DNA of 41,085 bases from a virus, in UHGV virus genome UHGV-0335424. The stretch is one strand, 5' to 3'. Positions 1 to 8,469 of the stretch are shown piece after piece. Position numbers and translations under genes: made by a program. The notes beneath the pieces are model-generated. The model ran no database searches. It was not told the DNA's origin and saw nothing but the letters and a program-made list of their open reading frames with translations. Numbering within the stretch: the first letter of the stretch is position 1; every line of letters begins with the position of its first letter.

Positions 1-491
1 ATATAAAAAATGGTGGTAATGCTACTCAAGCCGCCATTAAAGCAGGTTATAGCAAACGATCAGCAAGAGTAATAGGTAAGGAAAACCTAACTAAACCTAA
101 CATAATACAGTATATTAATGAACGGCTAAATCCTATCGAAAAGAAGCGCAAATTAAGTGCTGAGGACGCTTTAAATGAATTGATAGATATTTGGCAAGGA
201 GAAGTACAAATAAGCGTGAGCAAGCAAATAGACCGCTTGGAGAAAAACAAGGTTATTAAACATATGCAATATGAATATACACCAGATTTAGAAAGCAAAT
301 TGAAAGCCTTGGATTTGTATTTGAAGTATAAATCGCTGTTATCACAAACGCAATTAGAAAAAGCTCAAACAGAAATAAAATTAATGCAAGCAAAATTAGA
401 ACAATTACAGATAAACTCAGAGCGTTCTACCGAAGAAAAACTTGATGAGTTGTTAGAAAAGATTAGTGGTGAATTAGATGGGACTAGTTGA
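1..491 (+). CDS. terS: Terminase small subunit, C-terminal part. The ORF is split by linearisation of a circular genome; the 5' part is at 41043..41085.
   Basis: Frame beginning at nt 3 reads IKNGGNATQAAIKAGYSKRSARVIGKENLTKPNIIQYINERLNPIEKKRK…, typical of a phage TerS (Terminase_2-like). It is open to the window edge and joins in frame to the window end. Confidence 0.75.
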   Translation, partial: IKNGGNATQAAIKAGYSKRSARVIGKENLTKPNIIQYINERLNPIEKKRKLSAEDALNELIDIWQGEVQISVSKQIDRLEKNKVIKHMQYEYTPDLESKLKALDLYLKYKSLLSQTQLEKAQTEIKLMQAKLEQLQINSERSTEEKLDELLEKISGELDGTS

Positions 492-1722
492 TATTTATAA
501 CCCAAAGCAAATCGACGTGTTAAATAAAACCATTAAGAATGATTGGTTTATTACTTTATTACATGGAGCAAAACGTTCTGGGAAAACAAAAATAAACAAT
601 GATTTGTTCTTGTTTGAATTGCGACGTGTGCGAAAGATTGCCGATGAAGAAGACATTAAGGAACCAATGTATATCCTAGCAGGAGTTTCAAGTGCAACAA
701 TCCAAAAGAACATCTTACAGGAACTATACAACATGTACAGCATAGAACCTAAATTCGATAAACATGGAAACTTTAAGTTATTTGGCGTTAAGGTCGTACA
801 AGCTTATACAGGAAACATTGGCGGTGTTGGTGCAATTCGTGGTATGACAGCATATGGCGCTTATATCAATGAGGCATCACTAGCTAGACAAGAAGTATTT
901 GCTGAAATCGTTTCACGTTGTTCAGGAACAGGAGCGAGAATCCTAGCTGACACAAACCCTGACAACCCGGAACACTGGCTGAAGAAAGAGTATATCGACA
1001 ATTCAAGTAAAAACATTCAATCGTTCCACTTTGAATTGGATGATAATACTTTTTTATCTGAACGCTATAGAAATAATATTAAAGAATCAACACCAAGCGG
1101 CATGTTTTATGATCGTGATATCAAAGGTTTATGGGTTTCTGCAGAAGGTGTCGTTTATCGTGATTTTGATGCTAGCAAGCACTACATCCAGTCAAAAGAC
1201 TTACCACCTTTGAGCAACTTTTATTGTGGTGTTGACTGGGGATATGAACACTGGGGTTCAATCGTAGTTATAGGTGAAACGGATGACGGAACAGCTTATT
1301 TAATCGAAGAACATGCTACTCAATTTGAAGAGATTGATTATTGGGTAGATATAGCAAAAGGCATTCAAGAGCGTTACGGCTTACGAGTGCCTTTTTATTG
1401 TGACTCTGCGAGACCGGAGCATGTGGCTAGGTTTGTAAGAGAAAAGATTAATGCTAAAAATGCTCATAAAGCACGGTTATCTGGAGTTGAGGAAGTCGCC
1501 AAGAGATTTAAACAAGATAAATTGTTTATCTGTCAAGATAGAGTGATGAAATTTCGGGATGAAATTTATCAATACATTTGGGACAAGAAAAAAGGTGAGC
1601 CAATAAAAGAATATGATGATGTGCTAGACTCCGTTCGATATGCGATATATACTCATGAGCTTCTTAAGAAACCAAAAGTTAATGTCAACGAAAAGATTAA
1701 ACGTGTTAAACGTATGTTTTAA
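478..1722 (+). CDS. terL: Terminase large subunit, PBSX-type.
   Basis: 414 aa with a Walker A motif (HGAKRSGKT) and a C-terminal nuclease region. Its start overlaps the terS stop. It sits in the canonical position before the portal gene. Confidence 0.9.
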   Translation: MGLVDIYNPKQIDVLNKTIKNDWFITLLHGAKRSGKTKINNDLFLFELRRVRKIADEEDIKEPMYILAGVSSATIQKNILQELYNMYSIEPKFDKHGNFKLFGVKVVQAYTGNIGGVGAIRGMTAYGAYINEASLARQEVFAEIVSRCSGTGARILADTNPDNPEHWLKKEYIDNSSKNIQSFHFELDDNTFLSERYRNNIKESTPSGMFYDRDIKGLWVSAEGVVYRDFDASKHYIQSKDLPPLSNFYCGVDWGYEHWGSIVVIGETDDGTAYLIEEHATQFEEIDYWVDIAKGIQERYGLRVPFYCDSARPEHVARFVREKINAKNAHKARLSGVEEVAKRFKQDKLFICQDRVMKFRDEIYQYIWDKKKGEPIKEYDDVLDSVRYAIYTHELLKKPKVNVNEKIKRVKRMF

Positions 1723-1734
1723 GGAGTGTGAGAA

Positions 1735-3234
1735 ATGGATAAGGTAAACGAATTTGAATACGGTACTGATATACATTATTCGAACGACGTGAACACAAAT
1801 TATGTAAAGTTTAGCGTAGAATCAAATCTTCACTATAGATTTAGCTCAGCAGAAGATTTACTTAACGATTCAAATACTTTAGCAGCAATGATAAAACATC
1901 ATCATGAATATCAGGTAAAGCGGCTTAGTGTATTAGATGATTATTACAAAGCTAGAAATACAAATATCATGGATAACCGTAGACGTAGAGAAAAGGAAAA
2001 AGCGGATCACCGATCAGCACATAACTTTGGAAAAGTTCTTTGTACGTTTGATGTTGGGTACAACACAGGCAATCCCATAAAAGTGCAAATCGAGGATACA
2101 AATCAACAAAAAGAAATCGAAGAGTTTAATACTAATAATGACATAGATGGGTTAAATGCTGAACTCTGGCTTGATATGGATAAGTATGGGAGAGCCTATG
2201 AGATTATCTATCGAGATTCAGATGATACAGATTATGTTGATTTGGCTAATGTATTTGAAACGTTTGTTGTATATGATACTACAGTAAAGCGAGAGCCTAT
2301 TTTGGCTGTACGGTATCCTAAGACAAGATTCAACAAGGATGCTGATAAGCAGTACATTCAACCAATCGTATACACAAAAGAAAAAAGTATCACTTATGAT
2401 GAGACGACACTAACAGCAATTGAATTGAAGAATCCTCAAGATGAACCGCATGAATATAAAGAGGTACCTATTACAGAGTATTCTCCTAATCGTTTTCGGA
2501 TGGGCTTGTATGAAGATGTACTATCTTTGATTGATCTATACGATGCAGGGCAGTCTGATACCGCCAACTATATGACTGATCTAAACGATGCTCTTCTAGT
2601 TATTAGTGGTGATATTGAAGCATCAGGACTGTCCACAGAGGACGCCATCAAGCAGAAAGAAGCGAATATGCTTTTGCTTGAATCTGGAACTGATGTGAAC
2701 GGTAATAAAACAAGTGTGACTGCAGGATATATTTACAAACAATATGATGTGAACGGTGTAGAAGCATACAAAGACAGAGTACGCAAGGATATCCACGAAA
2801 TCTCAATGGTTCCTGATCTTACTGATGACAATTTTTCCGGAGTGCAATCAGGAGAAGCGATGAAATATAAATTATTTGGATTTGAACAAATGACGGCAAC
2901 AAAGCAAAGGCTATTCAAAAAGGGTCTTATGCGGCGTTATCGTCTTTTATTTAGCCTAAAATCAAGTATTTCTGAAATGGATAACTCCGATTTGAAAGGC
3001 TTACGTGTAATATTTACGCCTAATCTACCTAAAGCCATTCTGGAAGAGTTGAAATCTTTGGTTGATGCTGGAGCTGAACTCAGTCAAGAGACGATCTTAG
3101 GACTCGCTTCTTTTGTTCCAGATGTACAGGCAGAGTTGAAACGAGTAAATAAAGAAACGCAAAAGCAGATTGGCATTTTTGATTCAGATGGTGAAGAAGT
3201 AATTAACAACAAAAAAGATGAAACAGGGGAGTGA
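1735..3234 (+). CDS. Portal protein, SPP1 gp6-like.
   Basis: 499 aa immediately after terL. Acidic C-terminus. An RBS (GGAGTG) precedes the start. Confidence 0.8.
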   Translation: MDKVNEFEYGTDIHYSNDVNTNYVKFSVESNLHYRFSSAEDLLNDSNTLAAMIKHHHEYQVKRLSVLDDYYKARNTNIMDNRRRREKEKADHRSAHNFGKVLCTFDVGYNTGNPIKVQIEDTNQQKEIEEFNTNNDIDGLNAELWLDMDKYGRAYEIIYRDSDDTDYVDLANVFETFVVYDTTVKREPILAVRYPKTRFNKDADKQYIQPIVYTKEKSITYDETTLTAIELKNPQDEPHEYKEVPITEYSPNRFRMGLYEDVLSLIDLYDAGQSDTANYMTDLNDALLVISGDIEASGLSTEDAIKQKEANMLLLESGTDVNGNKTSVTAGYIYKQYDVNGVEAYKDRVRKDIHEISMVPDLTDDNFSGVQSGEAMKYKLFGFEQMTATKQRLFKKGLMRRYRLLFSLKSSISEMDNSDLKGLRVIFTPNLPKAILEELKSLVDAGAELSQETILGLASFVPDVQAELKRVNKETQKQIGIFDSDGEEVINNKKDETGE

Positions 3235-3238
3235 TTAA

Positions 3239-4165
3239 ATGAACTCCCAAGAATATTGGATCAAACGGGAAAAGGAATGGCAAAAGCAACAAATTAAAGA
3301 TGATAAAAAGCGCATGGCAGAAATTAAAAGTCGCATGCAATACGCACAAGATGCGATACAAAAAGAAATAGACGCGCAGTGGGACAGTTTCTCCAATGGT
3401 CAGAAAATCACTCGTAGCGAAGCGATGAAGCGTGCTAGTGAAATGGACGTCAAAGCATTCGCTCGCAAAGCAAAGAAGTATGTTAAAGAGAAAGATTTTT
3501 CTCCTACAGCAAACCAAGAATTAAAGCTATACAATCTTACGATGCGTGTAAATAGATTAGAGCTCTTAAAAGCTAATATCGGACTTGAACTGATTTCACT
3601 GTTTAATGAATTGGATAAGTACTTTTCGAATGAATTAACAAAAGCTGGTTTAGCTGAATTGAAGAGACAAGCCGGCATTTTAGAAATGACTATTGCTTCA
3701 AGTGGATATGCAAAGCTGATAGAACTAGTAATAAACAGCTCCTTTTTGAGTGATGACGTGTCTTTTAGTGATCGCTTATGGATGTATCAATCTGAATTGA
3801 AATCAGAATTAGATAGGTTGTTAGTCAGAAGTATAACGATGGGGAAAAATCCCAAGCAACTTGCATCTAAATTGGCAGAATATTTAACAGCTGAAGGACG
3901 AGAAAACACTAAGTTCAACACTCAACGTTTGATGGTGACTGAAACGACTAGAGTTCAGGTAGGAATCCAAGAACGAAGTTACAGAGATGCAGGCATTACC
4001 CAGTACATCTATATAGCAGAACCAACGGCGTGCAAACTATGTATACCGTTAAATAATCAAGTTTTTGATGTTGCCGATATGCAGCCAGGAAGTAACGCTC
4101 CTAATATGCATCCATTTTGTCGATGTAGTACAGCACCTTATATAGAACGAATATCAAGCCGTTAA
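3239..4165 (+). CDS. Head morphogenesis / minor head protein, SPP1 gp7 / Mu F-like.
   Basis: 308 aa. The C-terminal motif …NMHPFCRCSTAPY is typical of the Phage_Mu_F family. Its position after the portal gene fits. Confidence 0.75.
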   Translation: MNSQEYWIKREKEWQKQQIKDDKKRMAEIKSRMQYAQDAIQKEIDAQWDSFSNGQKITRSEAMKRASEMDVKAFARKAKKYVKEKDFSPTANQELKLYNLTMRVNRLELLKANIGLELISLFNELDKYFSNELTKAGLAELKRQAGILEMTIASSGYAKLIELVINSSFLSDDVSFSDRLWMYQSELKSELDRLLVRSITMGKNPKQLASKLAEYLTAEGRENTKFNTQRLMVTETTRVQVGIQERSYRDAGITQYIYIAEPTACKLCIPLNNQVFDVADMQPGSNAPNMHPFCRCSTAPYIERISSR

Positions 4166-4187
4166 TACAAATTAACGGCTTTTTATT
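4158..4187 (+). terminator. Rho-independent terminator.
   Basis: GCCGTTAAT-acaa-ATTAACGGC hairpin followed by TTTTTATT. Confidence 0.6.
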
Positions 4188-4291
4188 GTGCCTTCTTACA
4201 GCTTACAGGCGTTAAAGAGAAAGCTATTTTCGGCTGACCGGCGTAACTGGTCAAATTTATCGGGTAGCGGCGTAACCGTGGAGGATTAATC

Positions 4292-4894
4292 ATGAAAAAA
4301 CGTTTATTTATGCCAATGAACTTACAATTTTTTTCTGAACCAGGAGATGGTGGATCTGGTGATGAGGGACAACAAGGAAACTTACCAGCTGGCTCACAAG
4401 AGACACCGACCGAAGCAAAAGAAGAAAACAATACTGGCAAAACATTTTCTCGTGATGAAGTAGCGAAAATGATCGCTGCTGAGACGAATAAAGCAAAAGC
4501 AGCGTGGGAAAAAGAACTAGAAGCAAAAAAAGAAGAAGCTAAAAAGCTGGCAAAAATGAATGCGGAAGAAAAACTACAGCATGAGTTGGAACAAAAAGAA
4601 GCTGAAATCGCTGAATTAAAGCGTGGACAGGCACTATCTGAAATGACGAAAGAAGCTTCTAAAATGCTGACAGATGCAAATTTACCACACGATGATGATT
4701 TACTTGGTCTGATTGTTTCTGATGATGCAGATGCCACAAAACAAGCTGTAGCAGTCATCACTAACTTTGCTTCTTTGATTAAGAGAGAAAACGCAAGACA
4801 AACACCACCAAATGAAGGTGGACAATTTACAGCATCGAAAAATACTAAAGAAACAGTGGCTAAACTAGCTGCTAAAAATCGAATTATCAAATAG
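4292..4894 (+). CDS. Scaffolding protein.
   Basis: 200 aa, acidic, rich in predicted coiled coil (EKELEAKKEEAKKLAKMNAEEKLQHELEQKEAEIAELK). Lies between the head morphogenesis and capsid genes. RBS GGAGGA. Confidence 0.7.
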   Translation: MKKRLFMPMNLQFFSEPGDGGSGDEGQQGNLPAGSQETPTEAKEENNTGKTFSRDEVAKMIAAETNKAKAAWEKELEAKKEEAKKLAKMNAEEKLQHELEQKEAEIAELKRGQALSEMTKEASKMLTDANLPHDDDLLGLIVSDDADATKQAVAVITNFASLIKRENARQTPPNEGGQFTASKNTKETVAKLAAKNRIIK

Positions 4895-4908
4895 GAGGAA
4901 TAAACAAT

Positions 4909-5796
4909 ATGGCACAAACATGGAATCCAGATAATGTAACAGTTTATGAAACTAAAGAGGGTAAAATCCCTGACAAGTATAATACTTTGATTATCAACGA
5001 CATTATGGAAAACTCGAAAGTAATGCAATTGGCGAAATACGAAGAAATGACAGATAAGGAAAAGAAATTTGAATACTTTGCTGAAGGTCCTGGCGCATAC
5101 TGGGTTGGTGAAGGTGAGAAGATTCAAACATCTAAACCTAAATGGTTGCAAGCGACAATGGTAGCTAAAAAGCTAGGCGTGATTATTCCTGTGTCTCGTG
5201 AATACTTGCACTACAAAATGTCAGATTTCTTCACTGTTATGCAACCTAAAATTGCTGAAGCTTTCTACAAAAAGTTTGATGCGGCTGCATTACTAAACAC
5301 TGACAATCCGTTTCCACAGTCTTTAGAAGAATCTGTCGTTGCAGCGGCTAATGTTATCAAAGGTCCTTTGACTTATGACAACATTTTGGCATTAGAAGAT
5401 GCTTTAGGCAAAAATGAATTTGAACCAAATGCGTTCATCTCAAATCGTAAAAACCGCACAGAATTGCGTTCTGCCGCTCAAACAGTCGGTACAAACGTTG
5501 AATTTATCTATGACCGCTCGGCGAATACGATTGATGGTCTTCCTGTGGTTGACTTGAAAGCATTGGGTAAAGGTGAATTGTACGCTGGTGACTTTAACTA
5601 TATGTTCTATGGTATCCCATTCAACATTTCGTTCAAGATTTCAGAAGATGCGCAATTATCTACGCTTAAAAACGAAGATGGCACTCCTGTAAACTTGTTT
5701 GAACAAGAGCTGGTTGCGTTGCGTGCAACAATGGATGTCGGCTTTATGATCGTCAAAGATGCTGCGTTCGGTAAAATTGAACCGGCGGGGGAGTAA
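4909..5796 (+). CDS. Major capsid protein.
   Basis: 295 aa directly after the scaffold gene. RBS AGGAGGAA. Conserved-looking motifs (GPGAYWVGEGEKI, MDVGFMIVKD). Confidence 0.8.
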   Translation: MAQTWNPDNVTVYETKEGKIPDKYNTLIINDIMENSKVMQLAKYEEMTDKEKKFEYFAEGPGAYWVGEGEKIQTSKPKWLQATMVAKKLGVIIPVSREYLHYKMSDFFTVMQPKIAEAFYKKFDAAALLNTDNPFPQSLEESVVAAANVIKGPLTYDNILALEDALGKNEFEPNAFISNRKNRTELRSAAQTVGTNVEFIYDRSANTIDGLPVVDLKALGKGELYAGDFNYMFYGIPFNISFKISEDAQLSTLKNEDGTPVNLFEQELVALRATMDVGFMIVKDAAFGKIEPAGE

Positions 5797-6074
5797 CAAT
5801 CCCCGTTATAGGCGTTACTGTAACGCCTAAAACCTCAAGCGCAGTTGCGGGGACTGCTGGCAATAGACAATTAACAGCCACCGTTGCGCCACAAAACGCA
5901 ACAAATAAAACAGTGACGTATTCAATTGCGCCAGTAACAAGCGGATTGACAGTTTCTTCTAGCGGTAATATCACTTGGACTGACACAGTACCAGCCGGTA
6001 AATACACGACAACAATAAAAACGGAAGATGGATCACACACAGATACTCACGTTTTGACACTGACTGAGCCGTAG
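5781..6074 (+). CDS. Big_2 (bacterial Ig-like) domain ORF with no start codon, in the -1 frame. Predicted to be a C-terminal extension of the major capsid protein via programmed frameshift at GGGGG (5787..5791).
   Basis: Frame 0 is open from 5781 to TAG at 6072..6074. It reads …VIGVTVTPKTSSAVAGTAGNRQLTATVAPQNATNKTVTYSIAPVTSGLTVSSSGNITWTDTVPAGKYTTTIKTEDGSHTDTHVLTLTEP, a textbook Big_2 signature. There is no ATG/GTG/TTG start and no RBS. The capsid frame ends GCG GGG GAG TAA inside a G5 run. Confidence 0.6.
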   Translation, partial: TGGGVTIPVIGVTVTPKTSSAVAGTAGNRQLTATVAPQNATNKTVTYSIAPVTSGLTVSSSGNITWTDTVPAGKYTTTIKTEDGSHTDTHVLTLTEP

Positions 6075-6089
6075 GAAGGATAGGTACGA

Positions 6090-6419
6090 ATGGTAATTAA
6101 AGATGACGTTAAGAAGCTTCTAAGCGGTTCTACAGATGATAAGCTAGAAGTTATCGAGAGACGAACTAGAGAGCGCTTAGCGTCATTGCTAGGCGTTTCT
6201 GTTACACCAGAATCACTAGAATACATCGTTTTTGACGTAACGAACAAACGTTTTAACCGAATTGGGCAAGAGGGCATGACTTCATACGCTCAAGAGGGTT
6301 TATCTATGGCTTTTCCTGATTCGGATTTTTCAGAGTATCAAAATGAGATTGACGAATTTAAGCGTAAAGATCAGGAAGAGTTGTACAAGCCAAAGCGAGG
6401 GAGGTTTAAATTTATATGA
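6090..6419 (+). CDS. Head-tail connector protein, gp6/gp15-like.
   Basis: 109 aa. RBS GGAAGGA. Resembles Phage_connect_1 (…LEYIVFDVTNKRFNRIG…). First gene after the capsid gene. Confidence 0.65.
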   Translation: MVIKDDVKKLLSGSTDDKLEVIERRTRERLASLLGVSVTPESLEYIVFDVTNKRFNRIGQEGMTSYAQEGLSMAFPDSDFSEYQNEIDEFKRKDQEELYKPKRGRFKFI

Positions 6420-6742
6420 GATTTACAGATGAAATTATATTTGTTAAACGTTCATCTGACTCTAAATATGATCCAGATCTCGGTGAGTGGGTTGAAGGCA
6501 AACCAGAAAGAACAAGAACAGAGGCAAACGTGACAGATATTGGCACTGATAGAAGTGTGACTATTTTTGGTAGTGTGGAAGAAGGGGCGAAGGTCATTAG
6601 GACGCAGCCTCTTTTTTCTATCCCTACATTTGACTATATCGAGATTGAAGGAAAGACTTGGCAACAAAAAACAGCTAGAAATCCAGCATATAGAAATAGT
6701 CTAATTGTGCAAGAGGTGGTTCTTGATGAAGGCACAACTTGA
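6416..6742 (+). CDS. Head closure / head-tail adaptor protein, SPP1 gp16-like.
   Basis: 108 aa with overlapping start (ATGA). Position and size fit. Confidence 0.6.
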   Translation: MRFTDEIIFVKRSSDSKYDPDLGEWVEGKPERTRTEANVTDIGTDRSVTIFGSVEEGAKVIRTQPLFSIPTFDYIEIEGKTWQQKTARNPAYRNSLIVQEVVLDEGTT

Positions 6743-6956
6743 ATATAAAGGAATCGATCAGCTGATGCGACATCTGAAAAAAGCAGCAACGCTTAATGAC
6801 GTTCAAAAAGTCGTGAAAAGTAATACTGCTGAAATGACTGAACGAATGCAAAAAGGTGCGCCAGTGGATACAGGTTACTTACGAAGATCAATAAACATGA
6901 ATCTTTTAGAAGCTGGTTTAACTGGTATTGTAGGACCGACAGCAGAGTACGCGCCT
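6726..6956 (+). CDS. HK97 gp10-family tail completion protein, exon 1. Joins to 7960..8067 after intron removal.
   Basis: Reads MKAQLEYKGIDQLMRHLKK…GPTAEYAP. In the unspliced sequence the frame ends YAPC*. Exon 2 restores the conserved [12 protein letters not shown] core. Confidence 0.7.
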
Positions 6957-7959
6957 TGCTAAGATAGGGCGGACGTATGGTAACATACGGTTTGGAATCG
7001 ACCAAAATCGGTAAAAATCTTATTATAACAACGCGCAATCGAACTTGGAACATGGTATAATTAGCTTAAGGAGGCGGTACCATGTTTGAAGTTATTGATG
7101 TGCACAAAAGAAAAGGAAATGGGTTTGATAACTTGACAGGGAGACGGTTCGGTAAGTTGACCGTGATAGGGCTCTCTGCTAAAAAAGCAGGCAGGAAATC
7201 TTATTGGGTATGCCAATGCGATTGTGGCAATAAACACCTTGTTAGAAGCGATTCTTTAAAATCCGGAAACGTTCAATCGTGTGGATGCTTAAAGAAGGAA
7301 CAAGATAGTCTAAACTTAAGACGCACTACACACGGAGATACGGTTGGTGGGGAGAATCGGCTCCACGTGACGTGGCAAGGGATGAAGCAAAGGACAACAA
7401 ATCCGAACAACACAAGGTTCAATCGTTATGGTGGCAGGGGAATCACAATGTGTGATGAGTGGTCAGATTACGAAAATTTTAAATCATGGGCTTTATCTCA
7501 CGGATACAACGATTCATTAACGATTGAAAGAGTTGATGTGAACGGTATGTATTGTCCAGATAATTGCGTGTGGATTCCTTTTAAAGAGCAAGCAATTAAT
7601 CGAACAAGCACTGTTTGGATTGAGTGGAATGGTGAGCGGAAAAGTATAAAACAGTGGTCTGATGTTTTAAAAATAAATTACGGAACTCTTCATTCTAGAT
7701 ATTATAGAAGCGGTATGCGCCCACCTGAACTATTTGAACCTGTTAAAAATAAGAAAATACCGAGGTAATCAGTAAAATTAAAAATTTGCTGACACCGTAG
7801 AGCATAGGGGTTGAACCTATGCTTTTTTGTATAAAAAGCATAGAATAAAACACTCCCACGAGTGGTCGACAACCATAAAAACATGGTTGAAAATGTATGC
7901 CGAACTTACTGGTAACAGTAAGAGGTAGAGGATAAAAAGCCTTTACGATAACATAAATG
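6957..7959 (+). mobile_element. Group I self-splicing intron (1003 nt) carrying a homing endonuclease ORF.
   Basis: Exon 1 ends in U (6956) and the intron ends in G (7959). Intron 6962..6966 AGATA is complementary to exon-2 5' TATCT (P10). Intron 6967..6971 GGGCG pairs with exon-1 3' CGCCU using a U.G wobble (P1). Splicing restores the reading frame. Confidence 0.65.
7082..7768 (+). CDS. Intron-encoded homing endonuclease-like protein, with a Cys-rich N-terminal region and an HNH/AP2-like C-terminal region.
   Basis: 228 aa. RBS AAGGAGG. Motifs FGKLTVIG…YWVCQCDCGN…SCGC and RYGGRGITMCDEWSDYENFKSWALSHGY…NCVWI. Lies wholly inside the intron. Confidence 0.55.
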   Translation: MFEVIDVHKRKGNGFDNLTGRRFGKLTVIGLSAKKAGRKSYWVCQCDCGNKHLVRSDSLKSGNVQSCGCLKKEQDSLNLRRTTHGDTVGGENRLHVTWQGMKQRTTNPNNTRFNRYGGRGITMCDEWSDYENFKSWALSHGYNDSLTIERVDVNGMYCPDNCVWIPFKEQAINRTSTVWIEWNGERKSIKQWSDVLKINYGTLHSRYYRSGMRPPELFEPVKNKKIPR

Positions 7960-8067
7960 TATCTAGAATATGGCACTCGATTTATGTCGGCACAGCCTTA
8001 TGTTAGACCAGCGTTTAATTACCAAAAAGTCAAATTTATGGCTGAAATGAAAGCCTTGGTGAAATGA
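7960..8067 (+). CDS. HK97 gp10-family tail completion protein, exon 2.
   Basis: Reads [35 protein letters not shown]. The spliced product is 112 aa. Confidence 0.7.
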   Translation, partial: YLEYGTRFMSAQPYVRPAFNYQKVKFMAEMKALVK

Positions 8068-8459
8068 TGATTAAGACAAGAGATCAATCGATTTTTGATG
8101 AACTTTTTAAAATATCCCAAAACAAACTTGGATATAAAACATACGATTACAAAACTTTAGAGGATGTTGGTTATCCCTTTGTGGAATTTGAGAACACTCA
8201 GACCATCCATGAAGTAAATAAAACTGACATTAAAGGGTCTGTGATTGTGGTTTTATCCGTTTGGGGATTACAGAAGAAACGAAAGCAGGTGTCAAATATG
8301 GCATCTGCTCTTTTTAATGAAGCTAGATTGATAGAAGCCACAGAAGGCTATTATTGGGCTTTAAATTATCAAGCAAGTGGAATTCAAGTGATGGACGACA
8401 CAACAACGAATACACCGCTAAAGCGGGCGGTTGTCACACTTGAATTTAGAATTAGATAG
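8064..8459 (+). CDS. Tail terminator / tail component protein (putative).
   Basis: 131 aa. Its start overlaps the exon-2 stop (ATGA). Sits between the connector genes and the major tail protein gene. Confidence 0.45.
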   Translation: MMIKTRDQSIFDELFKISQNKLGYKTYDYKTLEDVGYPFVEFENTQTIHEVNKTDIKGSVIVVLSVWGLQKKRKQVSNMASALFNEARLIEATEGYYWALNYQASGIQVMDDTTTNTPLKRAVVTLEFRIR

Positions 8460-8469
8460 GAGGAAGAAC

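Noticed and set aside
4183-5151. 322-aa minus-strand ORF antisense to the scaffold and capsid genes.
   Set aside because: Low-complexity Ser/Ala/Phe-rich translation. No RBS. Fully overlaps two strongly supported plus-strand genes.
5796-6089. Treating the 294-nt stretch after the capsid stop as non-coding spacer.
   Set aside because: It translates into an uninterrupted Big_2 domain in the -1 frame.
6957-7959. Alternative reading: a free-standing endonuclease gene inserted into gp10, leaving two separate polypeptides (exon 2 even begins with an in-frame ATG after TAA).
   Set aside because: The 5'-AGATA-GGGCG guide sequence pairing with both exon ends, the U/G splice-site rules, and long non-coding flanks around the ORF favour a self-splicing intron. 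RT-PCR is still needed.
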